Origin: Antedon mediterranea
Lineage: Eukaryota; Animalia; Echinodermata
Reading direction: 5' to 3'
Assembly: GCF_964355755.1 (NCBI RefSeq)
Contig: NC_092678.1
Coordinates: 11,716,352-11,780,351, forward strand
DNA: 64,000 bases
Shown: in pieces, positions 13,236-26,845 of the stretch
Layout of the letters: each line of letters begins with the position of its first letter
Numbering within the stretch: position 1 is the stretch's first letter
Made by a program: the position numbers and the translations under genes
Notes under the pieces: generated by a model
Told to the model about the DNA's origin: nothing
The model's input: the letters and a program-made list of their open reading frames with translations, nothing else
The model's database searches: none

Positions 13236-14533
13236 CTGAGATGAAATGTTTTTGATGAATTTAAATTACCTCTTAATTATGCATTATGTATAGAGAAGAG
13301 ATTTGCTTTTCAAAATAAACAAATTAATATAGCTCAATGTCGGTTTCATTTATTTGGTTGTGCACAATTGTGTTTTAAATGCATGTTTTTAAGGCTACTA
13401 CCAAGTTTGGAATCACAGAAGCAGCCTTGCAGACGGAAGATACAAGTAGAAAAAGAATACGCTAAAAATACCACTCCTAAAAAAAAGTGGTTTCCTTTCA
13501 CTCTTTTATGAGTTGATTATTTTCACTCTTTTTGAAAGAGTGGGTCACTTTCACTGTTTTATGAGTGTATTATTTCCACTTTTGTTAAAAGAGTGATGAA
13601 AATGTTCAATCTTTTTAGAGTTGGTTTCACTCATTTTAGAGTGATTTGGTGACCACTCTTTTTTTCACTCCAAAACGAGTTGTCCCTCGGTTAACTCTTT
13701 GAAAGAGTGGAAGTTTGTCTAGTTTGAGTGGTTTCTCACTCCTTTACATTAAGAAAGAGTCAGGATGTCAGCGTGCATTTGCATTCATTTATGACTTTTA
13801 ACAGATCGTGTTTGTACGTGATGAATATGACACACAGGATTTCGAATTGGGGTATTAGACCACAGGTAGGAACATGGAGAATGAATTCCTATTATAATTT
13901 ATACTCCAAAATTGCACTCTCGCACCTAAACAATCTAGGTATGGGTACTTTCAGAAAATTGCAGCGTTGTGTTATTTATATTATCTATAAGGATGGACCA
14001 AGAACTGACTGTAATAAAAAAAAATGATGGATCAATGAAAATTCCAATATTGTGATTTTGGGTTTTTTTTAAGGGTAGGGTTAAAAATAGCGTCGATCAT
14101 TCACCAGTAAATCACAATTCAGCGCAACCCGAGGTCTTCTATTTTTTTTCCGGTACTCGAACAACATACAAGGATAACCCATAAAGCTGAAACAGCTTAT
14201 TTCCAGTAGGTTCCTTATAAAAAAACATTTTAAAAAAGGTTAATAATAATGCACACATCATCATATTATAGTATTTTCTTGTGTGTGTAGGCATGTTTCG
14301 GCCTTTAGAGAAATCTCGAAATTAGGGACCCTATAAACTTTGTAATATTACGTTATATAGGGGTTCTGTTTCAGATTTCTCGAAAACACAAATAAGACCC
14401 CAACATAAACTTCTTCGAAAACACTAGACTCTCTTAAAGATGTATTGTCCCTTTGTCGAATTCCCAAAAAAATAAAAATAAAAAGATTTCGAAAAAATGG
14501 TGGGTCATTTTGAAGTATCATAATAGTCATTAA

Positions 14534-17500
14534 GAGCCATTGTCTGTAAGAATCAAAGAAATATCAAAAAGAGTGGCAGACTCAAAAAAATGGATTTCTT
14601 TCAAATTTTGCACATGGCTATATATGTGTTGAGAGAAATCAAATATGAAGTATTTTTTATTTCACACGTATATTTCCATGGCAACGGCCAAATTTGTGTT
14701 TTTGACAAATTTTGTCCTTTTTTAAGGTTTTTTAAAATGGATATTGGTACTACTTTGATGAATGATATTTTTGTTTTGTTCATTTAATTATAAAAAATAA
14801 TTAGTGTATGCATAATAACAATGCATTGAGCACCTGTTTCAAATTTTTTTATTTTTTTTTATTTCATACTTTGGGAGATACCATTTATTTAAAAAGGGGT
14901 GTTTTTCACTTTTTTTTAATTGTTCAATGCAACTAAACTTTACTTCACCATAACGCCCAAAGTGGTGTATTTTTTTAGCTGATTTATTACAAATAGGTAG
15001 TTCCAATGTTTAATAATTGATTTATAAAATAAAATACTGGGGTAAATTTAAAATCTGCAAGCAGTGTTGCGAGAAACATAGGCATTTTTATATTAAAAAA
15101 AACATGGTATATTAGTAAAAACATTTTATTTTCTTTGATTATTTGATTTGAAACTCATTGGTCAGAAAAATTCTTAATGTTTTATATAGTTCTAGTTGTG
15201 TTGTGAGAAAAAAAATTTTCTTTAAATTATAGATTCTGTAATTCCCAGTTTTAAATTAAAAAATGGAAATTTGAATAAATTATCAGATCGTTGTGAATTT
15301 TAATCTTTGCAACAGATTACTCCTCTCTTATTTTGAAGCTCCTCTTTCATTTGTTTACTTCTTTTATTTGCTAACCTAAGCAGATCCCACATGCCCATCA
15401 ACCACCACTTTCGACTACCATCCCTCCCCTCCCCCCCCCCCCCCACCCGACTATAACCACAAAAAGATAAACTGCAACACTTTGGTCGATCATCCACTAT
15501 AGAGTGTCAAATGCATGCATTCAAGCACCACCCACACTGCCGCTACTATCGCCCCAATGAATATACAGATTCAAACTCCTCCATCCCACCCCCTCCCCCT
15601 TTCTCCAAGCCCCACCCACCCCAAGTTAAAAATTGCAATGCAAAAGATAGGACATAAAGTTAAGTTTTTAGACCCTCGCCTTCAACCTCCTAACTATTTA
15701 AAATTCCTGGATCCACCACTTTTCTCTCCCCAAAATAGAACCAATCAAAAGTCAATGATATACTCAGGTATGTTAATGCTACATAACAAATATTGAAGCC
15801 CTGATTTGAAATTTCATTTCATTTAAGGTCAGCATGTAAAATATCACACTTTATTATTAAATATTGGTTTTAAATTCTATATTTTTTTAACGGTGATGTT
15901 TGGATTCAGTATTAATTATTAATTAATAATTATCTGATAATTATTTAATTTCCCTTAGTTATGCATAGCAACAGTTACTATGGTAACTAAAATTGAGATA
16001 TTCTTTAGATTTTGCATATTTATCTTATACAAATTTAATTTTAATTTGTAGATTATTAGCAGGCAATGCCTTATTTGCATTTTCAAATTACCGTTTCACA
16101 AGGTCATATTCGTAAGCACTTTCTTCTGTGATTATTTTTATTAATGAAAACCCCATATTTTATTTACAGCGGCCACCTCCCTTAACGGACGCACTTTGAA
16201 AAGCCTGTTTGTTCTTCCTATCTAATTAGTGCATTTGGTGCTTACCGTAAGCAGCTGCGGGCACCTTTTTATACAAAAAATGAGATTTTTTGTAAGCGGC
16301 CAATCGAAAAATGTGATACTTATTGCATGGACCTATGAATTAGAGGTGCATGTTTATTATATTTCTTTATATATTAGCTTTATTTTGAAGAGGTTTTAAA
16401 AACATTACTGTGAAGAGATGAGAAAACTACACTGATTTTGACCGACCATTTTTCATATGATAAACGTTTTTAAAATTTGTCTGAAAATGCTAAAAAAAAT
16501 ACTAAACCACCTGATTATAAATAATAATAGGCCTACAATTAAAAGCGGCCACTTTTCCAGGTCCCGAGGGTGGCCACTTACGGGAGGTTCTTGAACTGTA
16601 TTTAAACAAGAATATTTCTTACAAAAAACGCTGCTTGCTTATTGTTATTGCTAAGGTCAAGTCTGGGGGTCACTTCATCAAGCCTAGATACTTCAAGTAT
16701 CCTATTACAAACAAAAACTTCAATGGACTGTTTTGATAATAATTCAATGATTATCTGACAGTGAATTATAGTAATATCATGGGACTCATAAATACCAGAA
16801 ATGCTTTGGGATTTGTCATTAGACTCTTTTCTCAGCCGTTTTTTGGATTCAACAGGTGGTACCTATAAATTATAGTCGAGTTTCCATTTTAACATTCCAT
16901 TTATACTGCTGCTTGATTTCATCTAATGAATGAGTCATCTCGTGTGACGTAGCGGGCTAGAGCAGCAATTATCCTTAGTTATGCATAGAAACAGGTTCTA
17001 AGATAACATAAATAATACATTTTGACATAACTTGACCCAACAAATAACCCTTTCACAAGGTCAGACATTTTCTGGGATTCAGTAGATAAGTAAATTTGGG
17101 AAAAGGTAGTAAAGCTATGTAATCAAATGTTTGTAGTCATGAAACCCCATATTAAAAATATTGTACTTAGTTAGTATAGAAACAGTTGCTACAATACACT
17201 ATAGGTAAAATGTTGATGTCATTTGACCTCAATATGTAATTTTTTTTTTTCATGAAAACTCCATATTTTATTTTTTTTTTACCTTTATTCAGATTCGTCA
17301 AGACTTTCTTTCTGAGATTATTAGGATTCAGTATTTAAAGTAAATTTGGCAAAAAGTAGAAATGTAGAACTATGTAGAAAAAATGTTTTGTATTTATGAA
17401 AAACCCCTTTTCGCATAGAAACAGTTGCTATGGTAAAATTTTGACCTCAAATGAATGAATTTACAAGGTCAAGTTTGTCATTAATGGAATGCAGTAGAAG

Positions 17501-18620
17501 TTAAATTGAGAAAAATTACAAATGCAATCAATTCTTTGTGTTTATAAAAACGCCATTTTTTACATTTTTTTAAAAATTACTTTCCTTAGTTACACATAGA
17601 AATGGTTGCTAAGGTAACACTATAGGTAAAATATGAAAATTGTTGAGAATTGTTATGAACTATCTTGTAAATGTTGATCAAACATTAATAGTTGTAGTAA
17701 AGTGGGGACCTGTCCTGTTTTGCATTCTGACCCCTTTTGACCTTAAATGACCTATTTACAAGGTCAGATTTTTTGGGAGGTCTTTCTGTATCTCTTTACA
17801 CAAAATAGATTTAAAAATTTATAAAAACCATTGACGCAATTATTTCCAAGTTTAACATTATTTTCTATCAACTAAATATTTCAATGCAAAATACTGTTTT
17901 TCTGGCAATTAATTGAAATAAACCTGGCAACACATTCTCATATTTTATCTAAACTATTCGTATGACTCTAGTAGCATTATGACAAGCCACATATACATTT
18001 TATTATTGGATTAGCCATATTTAATTTGTGTTTCATGTGTTTTGTTTGTTGATATTTTATTATATTTTTTGTATTTTTCGTATTTTCCTGGCAACACAAA
18101 ACCTATGTACGAAATTTACCCCAGTGTTTTTTTCGTGATTATTGTTGACAAACCTATTGACTATCAAATTAAAAAACCTCATTGATTTAAAAACACCACT
18201 TTGGAAGTTATAGGTACGTTTATGAGGTATACTTTTATAAAAAAAAATATTTTTTAAAAACACCCCTTTTTAAAATAATGGTATCAACCAAACTCCATTT
18301 TGTATTTTTTTTTTTTTTTACATTAAATGGAACTCAATACATGTTGTTTACACTGCTACAAACAAAAACTGTATACTGTAAGTATTTTTGGTTAAAATAA
18401 GTATACAAGTTTGTCCTTTTTCACTATAGAAAATCTGTGAAAAATGGCAAAAACATCAAAATTTGGATAATTGACCGTTGTCATGGCAACGGAGGCTAAA
18501 AATTCAAATGAATGATGTAGATATGCTTTTTAGTGAAATGTCTATTCATGGTAAAAATTTGAGAGAAATCCATTTTTTTACATCTGCCACCAAATCTTTG
18601 ATTTTTACAGACAATGGCTC
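14534..18620. mobile_element. Kolobok-like non-autonomous DNA transposon, 4.1 kb
   Basis: TTAA on both sides (14530-14533, 18621-18624). TIR GAGCCATTGTCTGTAA / TTACAGACAATGGCTC, with imperfect inverted similarity extending several hundred bp inward. Purine-purine termini fit Kolobok rather than piggyBac. Confidence 0.8.
16147..16600. mobile_element. Tc1/mariner-like MITE nested in the Kolobok-like element; related element at about 26075-26390
   Basis: TACAG...CCTCCCTTAACGG at the left end and GGCCACTTACGGGAGGTTC...ACTGTA at the right end. Similar CAGTTGAACCT...AGGTTCAACTG termini occur at 26075-26390. Confidence 0.45.
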
Positions 18621-19787
18621 TTAACTTTCACAAAAAATTAGTCGGAAAAAAAATACAGACGTTTTTTGGTTCAAAAAATAACTTTGACTTCCAGTCTAAG
18701 TTTTCGATCAAAACATATCTCATAGGCTAATACAACGCGCTTATTTGGCTACTCTGTATGCATAATCATAAAACTTCCTTGCGATCGTTGTGAAAACACC
18801 TTCTCAACCGTGACAAGCTGTACACAATCCTAATTAGCATCATGCATAATGTATACTCATGGTTTGAAATCTTTGTTTACTTTCGCTCGCGACGATTTTT
18901 CAAACGAAATGTAATCAAATTAATTTAGCTGTTTATTACGTAAAATGGTTGTTTTTTGGCTCGAATTTTCGACTTAAAGTGAATAACTATATTACTGTGA
19001 TATGGCCAACTTAAGTTTATAATATTTTGACCTTCATTTTTTTGTGTTTCGAGGGACTATACATCTTTAAATGTAACATTGAGATGTTTTTATTGGGGCT
19101 CATTATCTTTGAGATTTTTTAAACAGACCCCGTCTAAAAGTTTTTTTTGTGACCCTTTGTTCTCGGGTCTGTGCAGTGTTTTTGTAAGACCCCGTTAAAT
19201 TGAAATTAGATGTTTACCGTGGCCGGGTCTCTGTTTTTTTACGATTTAAAAAAAAAAATATTACGTTTATGGGATGCCTGTTTCGGAGAAATCTCGAAAA
19301 CAGAGACTCTAACAAAAACTTCTCAATGATTATTACGTTTTATAAAGGGTATCTATTTTCAAGATTTCAATAAAAAAAGAGACCCCGTATAAAACGTAGA
19401 TATTGAGAGGTTTTGGGGGGTCTTAATAGAAACCCTGCGCCCTTAGTCTGTGGGTCTGCAGACGGTTTTGTGGTCCTGTTTATCGTAACACCGGGCGTAA
19501 CAGTAACACCCACCCGTTGGCTACTGAATATTAGAAGTTATATTTACCGGTAGCACATTAAATATATCCTGATACTGTTTATTTACCTCTAAAAAAGGAG
19601 ACCTTGTAAAAGTTAGGTCAGGATCCCATGTGGCGGATGTGCCCCTGGATCCGCAACAGCATTTTATTAATTATTATTTTTGGTTGAAGAACTGTATAGA
19701 GGGCGCAGAGGAGGTAGTAAGGCAGTAAAAGAGACGTGACACACACACCCCACACGTGTTTTTGTTTATTTTTGTTTATTTAACATC

Positions 19788-22700
19788 ATGATGTACGTAC
19801 CGAAGCACTCCAGCACCATTCTTCTCCAAAGATTACTTTCTGGTTTTCCATCTGATATTAACCATGCCTTTGCATACGGTTCAGCTGTTTTTAAACAGAA
19901 AAACAATATAAACTCAGTAAGATATATTATTATTAATATTAGGCTGCCTAGCCTCTACTAGCTAGGCCTAACTAGACCCTCTAGCTAGGCCTAGCCATTA
20001 CTAAGGACTAGGCCTAGGCCCTAGTACTAGCTGGTTAGAGTGGATTCCCTCGCGGCCTAAGAATTAGGCCTAGCCTACTACTACCTAGGATTCATGTACA
20101 TGTATTTACATACAGGGTTATATTGTAAAATCTCTATGGAGTCTATTGATTGCGAGCATCTGTAATGACTTTTTTAGCATAAAAAAAGAAGAGGCTGCGT
20201 CAAAAAATGAAGATGGCGGGGACACTATATAAACATTCATATTTTTTTATTTTGCTTAATTGTAGGCAGTTGTGTAGTGATTGATTGTAGAACTTAAAAA
20301 ACATTTAACCATGTCATTCCTTGTTTTAAATCTACGTTCTATGTCTATATTATGATTTTTTTAAAAAATCAATCTGCACGCAATGCATTCTGGTATTTAT
20401 AGCGGGATGCTTAAATTACAAGAATCTACTATTATTTTTCACATTTGTAACCATTTAAAGATGAAACAAATTATCGCAATAGGTCAATATAGCATTTATT
20501 TTTACATAAAATGTAGTTTTTGATGTTTAATTTGATCGAAAAAATGTAGGTAAAGTGTCTTTAAATGTCCAAATAATAGCGCAACAAAATAGTATTAATC
20601 TATGTATATTTTGTTTATAAAACAATGAAAATAGTTGTAAATGTACCTGTCATCTAGAGGGAAAACCACATTCCATTGATTTGATAAAAAATGTGAAATC
20701 CAATATGCCTATTGAACAACACAAAAATAAAGATAATTGATTTTAAAAAAATAAATTGATTGATTGATTTTTTCATTTATAAAATATGAAAGATAGGATC
20801 TTGGTAATGCAATTATACAATATTTTGTTTTGAGGATGAAAATATGAGGAGAGTAGAGGTACTGAATTGCTCATGTTATTTATTTTCTTGCAGAACAATA
20901 TGATTGACATGGTGTTTGTTGTAGATGACCCAGCAAAGTGGCATACAAGCAACTTAGTACATAATCGTAGTCATTATTCTATGTTGGGATATAGTGGAGG
21001 CGAGTGTATCGCTAGAATACAAGATCATTTTGGTGCAGAGGTCTATTATAACACAAGGGTCAGGTGTCGGGATATGGTATGTCACACATGGCATGTACAT
21101 ATTATATTTTTAGAAAAACTGAAAGCTTTCTAATGCTTGGTTCCCACTAGGATGCAATGCAACACAAGAATTTGACCAATCACTGTCAAACTGTCATTGG
21201 TCACTTGCTTGTTTTCTGTCCACATCTTTGCATTGCGTCACTAGTGGGAAACAACCTTTATTTAATGTAATTTAACTGTTGTATTGGTTCTGATATGAGA
21301 TGTTGATTGGGGTTTAGCAAGGCAATCCCCGTATCATTTTTAACTTCCATTCCCAGGTATCAATTCCAACGATTTTTATAGAGTATTTTTTATTCAGTAT
21401 TCATAAACATTTATTTAGATAAAATATGATAACAAAACAAAATATACAAATACAAACAAAATATTATTTTCATGAAGTAGATAACTATAAGACCCAGAAC
21501 AAAAAATAAAATGAATAAGAACTTCATATCATTTAAGATAAATACGTATTGCTTTGCAGCTGATTAAGTATGGTGTAGTAAAGACTTCAACATTAATTAG
21601 TGAATTAGTGAATTGGAACACACTGTACCTCAGTGGCAGACTTCATAAACCTGTAAGTATTTAATTGTATAAAAACTATTTTATATAACACCTAAATCAA
21701 TTCCTGTCATTTGATTGAACGATTGTGGATCACATGGCATGCAATAGTACGCACTATTAAACGATCCTTTAATAGTACTTTTTTCGTGTACTTATATATC
21801 AACTCAGCTTCGCCTTGTTGAAATATAACCTTTCATCATTCACCTCATGCCATTATTTGCACCATTACACTCATAAACATTCATTATTTGTATATTATTA
21901 AATGGTAAGTAAATAACTCAATTAGATGGTTAGTGAATAATTTATCTCCATTTTCCCGGGAACAGAAATGGAAAAATTAAAATACTAATAGCTTTCTCAA
22001 CATAAACAGTTAAAAACCCCAAGCAGTTGTGTATTTATCCAGTTATTTCTGCACTTTCCAGCTGTAATGCAAAATGTCTGTTATTTCATAGACAGTGGCT
22101 GTAATGGCATGTTGATAGAACTTTTTAATAACTACTAATTAGGTTCAAGTATGTAGAAACACTACAAGCAAGATTTTAAAAAAGGCATTATGGCGAAACC
22201 AGTTGAGTGCAGTCTATACCTCACTGTTGTTACTTCCGGAAGAGTTCAATGAAGAGCAGTTATTTACAACAATTACAGGTCTGTCATATTCTGGTGAGTC
22301 TCTCAAACCAATTACTATTCTATAAATTATTTATTATTATATAACACCTAAATAAATTCCTGTCACTTGATTGGACGATTATGGGTCACATGGCATGCAA
22401 TAGTACACACTATTGAATGGCCGTTCAATAGTACTGTACTGTTTTTGGAACATATCTACAAGATGTGGAATCGTTGAAAAAAACCAGAATTAACCTAGAT
22501 GAGTTCCAGTTGTCAAAGTTTCATAATCGTATCGCTGCCTTTCCACTGTAGCTGTTAGTATTAAGCTAGGCGCTTTAGCCTAGCTAGGACTAGGATTGTT
22601 TGGTCGTTGACATAATTAACACTACAGTAGGTGTGTTTATAAAATCCAGCCCCATTTGAGAGGTGAGCGTTTATTTCAAATGATGTTCTATGTGGGCAAG

Positions 22701-24169
22701 AATGAGCTTGCATTGTAACAAAATTCAGCATGACATAACTATTCAATGGAATACGGTAGTTATTGAATATCATGTGACTCACAATCCTAAAAACAAAAGA
22801 CAATAATCTTCTAAGATGTGTTATAATAAATATTGATTATTATTTCAGGTGATTTCAGGATGATTATAGGAGAAGACAAGGGAAAAGTATCAAACATTGT
22901 GAAACCCAATTTAAAATATTTCCAATCAAAATATGCAAATATACTAGAAACAGTGGAACACATACATTGGAATGCAAGCACAGGAATGATCGAGGTATGT
23001 TTTTATAACTTTTTGTCGACAATTATTGTGGTTCAATTTTTGTATCACTCAAGCTAAGTATACTGTGAATATATTTGTTGACCGTCCTTATATTGAACAG
23101 TAAATCTTCCAACGCATGAATAATGAAACGTAGATAGCGGTATTAAACCTCAGTCTATTTTAACGTAGATAGCGGTATTAAACCTCAGTCTATTTTAACG
23201 TAGATAGCGGTATTAAACCTCAGTCTATTTTAACGTAGATAGCGGTATTAAACCTCAGTCTATTTTAACGTAGATAGCGGTATTAAACCTCAGTCTATTT
23301 TACTGAATCCAATGGCAGTAAAATATAAAACTTAAAAATTCATGATGTTATGTTATGTTGTTGTAGTTTTAGTGAACAAACCTTTATTTTAAAGTGTGCT
23401 GTATATAAGGTTTTTTTTGCTTGCAGCAAGACAAAAGTAGAGAATGTTTATATTCACATCTAAACCGATTGCCAACAAATCTTATAAGAACTATTGTTAG
23501 ATTAGCAGACAATGAACAATGTAAAGATAATCAAACTGTTTTCCGAAAACTAGCCAAGGATCCGCAATGCTGTACACATTATGTAAACAAAGGTTTGTAT
23601 CTATCATTTCCTTGCTTTTTATTTGATTTTGAGGGATGTTACGTAGACTACCAATGGATTAAAAAACATTATCTGTATGCTGATAGTAGATATAAATATA
23701 GAATATGTACTATTACTAAGTTAAAGAGCAACGCAAGTGATTTGACAAATTACAAGTGATGGATTATTTGAAATGTTGCGTACAGTATCATTGGTGAAGT
23801 GGATTGCATTGCATCTATGTCTTTTTTTGCTGGTCCTAGCGGTTATCAAGTGAATGAGTGAATTTTGCTAATTAACTTATATTTCAATGTAATTTCAGCT
23901 GTAAAAAGAATTGTCGCTTACTCTAGTATAACACAAAGTGTTAAAGGTATTTTTACAGGAGGTAGGTGAGATATTTATTGGGCATCCTTTGTATAACAAC
24001 ATATGTAACTTTTAAATAAGAATTAATACCATAGCTGGTATTACTTTAGTAATCCTATACTAATATTATTGTAATTTGCTATTTTTTAGGTATTCAGAAA
24101 AGCATCATGTACAGTTTAGAGAAATTAAAGAAAATGTTAAAGGGAGGAAAAAGGGAGAATGAATCCTAA
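19788..24169 (+). CDS. TAMM41: Mitochondrial phosphatidate cytidylyltransferase Tam41/Mmp37, complete, 8 exons
   Basis: Exons 19788-19916 (AFAYGSAVFKQ), 20894-21076 (MIDMVFVVDDPAKWH...VYYNT), 21560-21652 (LIKYGV...LYLSGRLHKP), 22143-22293 (LLLPEEF...GLSYSG), 22849-22994 (DFRMIIGEDKGKVSNIVKPN), 23427-23592, 23899-23961 (SSITQSVKGIFTG) and 24090-24169 (KSIMYSLEKLKKM...TAA). All introns GT-AG with consistent phases. Confidence 0.96.
23127..23301. repeat. Intronic minisatellite, 35 bp x 5, identical units
   Basis: AACGTAGATAGCGGTATTAAACCTCAGTCTATTTT repeated five times in TAMM41 intron 5. Confidence 0.95.
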
Positions 24170-26845
24170 ATAAAGTGTGGATACTTTTCAAGGAAGTAGA
24201 CAAATTTGTCTTTTAATTATGGAGGATTGTGTGTCACATGATATTCTAACTCTTGATTATTTCATCGAGAGCGCAATGTCATTTGTACGCTAGGCCTATT
24301 TTGTTTTGCGTGTTCATTTTTGTTGAGCAGTAAGCAACCACACTTGCTGTTCGATCAACTTGTAATAATGAGTTGCTGTAATTGTTGTACACCGCATCCA
24401 AAATTGGAGCGCTGCCTTTTCAAATGGTTCTCGTTAAAAGTAGGTTTCTTATAAAACAAACAATGAATGTTTTATATTTATGCAATGGAACAAACCTTGC
24501 AAAATTAATTGCACTTACTCAGAAATTTCACTGACCATTAAATTAACATAATAAATAATAACACATTCAATTTCAACTACTGTTTTTTTTATTAACATTT
24601 GTGCTTACAATTAATAAACTTGTCCTGAGGAAGAGAACATCAATGTTTTATTCTTTGTTTATTCTTTGTAGTACATATAAAGTATATTGAATAAAATGTT
24701 TATGTTAATTTTTCTATAAAGAATGTTTTACAAATATTAAATACAAACAGTACTTATTTTAGGTATATATGTGGTAGAAATGTTGTAAAATACTTGTATA
24801 TGAAAAATATTAAATATTATTATACAAAAAGTCAAGTTGATGTATATTATTTTATACAAATTATGATCTTAAACATTTAGCAGGGTCGGATCCAGAATCC
24901 AGAAATAGGAGAGGCTAATGGGAGGGTGGAAGAAGGAACGTTAATCCTTGAGGGTGAAATGCTCTTAATTGGCTTGCACCACATTGATTGGACCATCCAA
25001 GGTGTTTATTATCAAACATTAAAAGGTCTTTTTGTAGCTGCCATTATGGATGTGCCCTAGCACTCGCCATCCTGTCTGGATCTGTTTCTCTTTATGCTTT
25101 TAATTATAATACATAGTTTGCTGGCACTAAACACAAAACAAAATGTAAAAAAAAAACAACTACAAAAGGCAATAAATCACAGAGACTAATACTGCATTCT
25201 TTACAATTAATGATTTTTCACAAACTTTGGTCAATTCTTCGTTTTATGTAAATGATATTCAAGTAAAGTTTGAAAAATACATAAATTTCTATTAATGTAA
25301 GAAAAAGGGAAAACTTTATACAGTTTAACAAATTCTATACAAATCTTAATGATATGTACAGAGGAAACATTTTTATTTTCCCACATCCTAAAATAAATTT
25401 AAGTAAAATAAATATTACGTGAAAGTTTGTTTAATAATAACACTTATTTAAATAGAAAATATGAGTAATCTCAGAAAAGGTTAGTATGTAAAGTAGGTGT
25501 TGCATTCTCACAATGTATGTATCATTAAATTGTTCTTAATACTGTATGTCCAATAATTGACACAAAGTACACATTTCAACCCACAATAGCACATACAGTA
25601 CAGTTGTTCATTTGGTTGCAAAACAACAGTTCCACTGTACTATATTGTTTTGGCCCAGCAGCAGCCAGTTGTCTTAATGCCGCCGGTACTCAATCCATAA
25701 TACATCTTGGTTTACACTTCATAAATTCATTTAATTCCATTATTTATTTATATTTCTATGTGATATCTCTAATTTATATATTTTTATACAATCACAAAAT
25801 CCCACCACCAATTGTCTAGTAAATTGTATTCCTTTCTAAGCATAACAAATTTAAAATATTTATTTATATGATGAAAAATAAGTTTTACTTTCTCCTCTTT
25901 TTATCATTAAAATTGTATTTATTATTGTAGTTACTTTAGTATCTATATAAAATTGTCAAAAATAATTATTTATAATGCAACTATTTTCAATTTGAATAAC
26001 TTTATGGCCGAATAACATTGCATTGTTTTTACTATTTATACATATATACAGTGTTATTGATGGTAGAAAAATTTACAGTTGAACCTGCCTAAGCAGACAC
26101 CTGTCATAAGACACTTGTATGTGGACAAGTCCCAGTAATGTCTGTCTGTTCTTTCTTCCTTCAACATTGTTTTTGCATGATTTAGCTCCTGTAAGCAACC
26201 ACTAAACTAGTCACAATTTATAAAATAATTACTGAAAATCATATTTAACGAATCAATTGATCATTGTATAAATAAATTATAGTGGTTGGAAAACTGAGAG
26301 GCCATGAACCATAGCAATGAAGCAAGGTATAAACGTTGGGCCTATTTTGGACAAACATCTCAGCAGTGCTTACGGAAGGTTCAACTGTTTTTTTATTTGA
26401 CTGGAATTTTATGCTTCAGTTCAACATTAGATAAATTCTCATACATGTACAAAAATGTTTACTAAATGTTTGTTTAAGAAAGAATTGTTTAAAAAAAAAC
26501 AGACCTTTCTAATCATCTAAGGCACTTTTAAATTCGGAGTTTATGACAATACTCAAGCTTATGGTTTATATCAATATAATCAAATAAAAAGCACTAGTGG
26601 CTAACAAAAAATGCCTTTAATCATGGATAAACTCATTCTTCCAAGTTTACATAATTCTGTGTAATTTCATATAAAAGTCAAAATAAAGGTATCAAAATAA
26701 ATAGTGTAAAATATATTTTATAAAGCCACAAAAACAAATTGTACAATTTAAACTTATGCCAGCTTAATTACTGAATTGAGGTCAACATCTCAAATGAGAA
26801 TTTATTTTGGCATTTTCCCCAAAAACTCTGCCAACTATGTTGTGT

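Larger units (their letters stand above)
9030..13775 (+). mobile_element. Decayed CACTA/EnSpm-like element, internally deleted and interrupted by a foldback element
   Basis: CACTC...GAGTG palindromic subterminal repeats at about 9040-9220 and 13470-13760. The right terminus ...GTCAGCGTG at 13775 reads CACGCTG on the minus strand. A spliced pseudogene lies between them. The left TIR is not visible. Confidence 0.6.
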
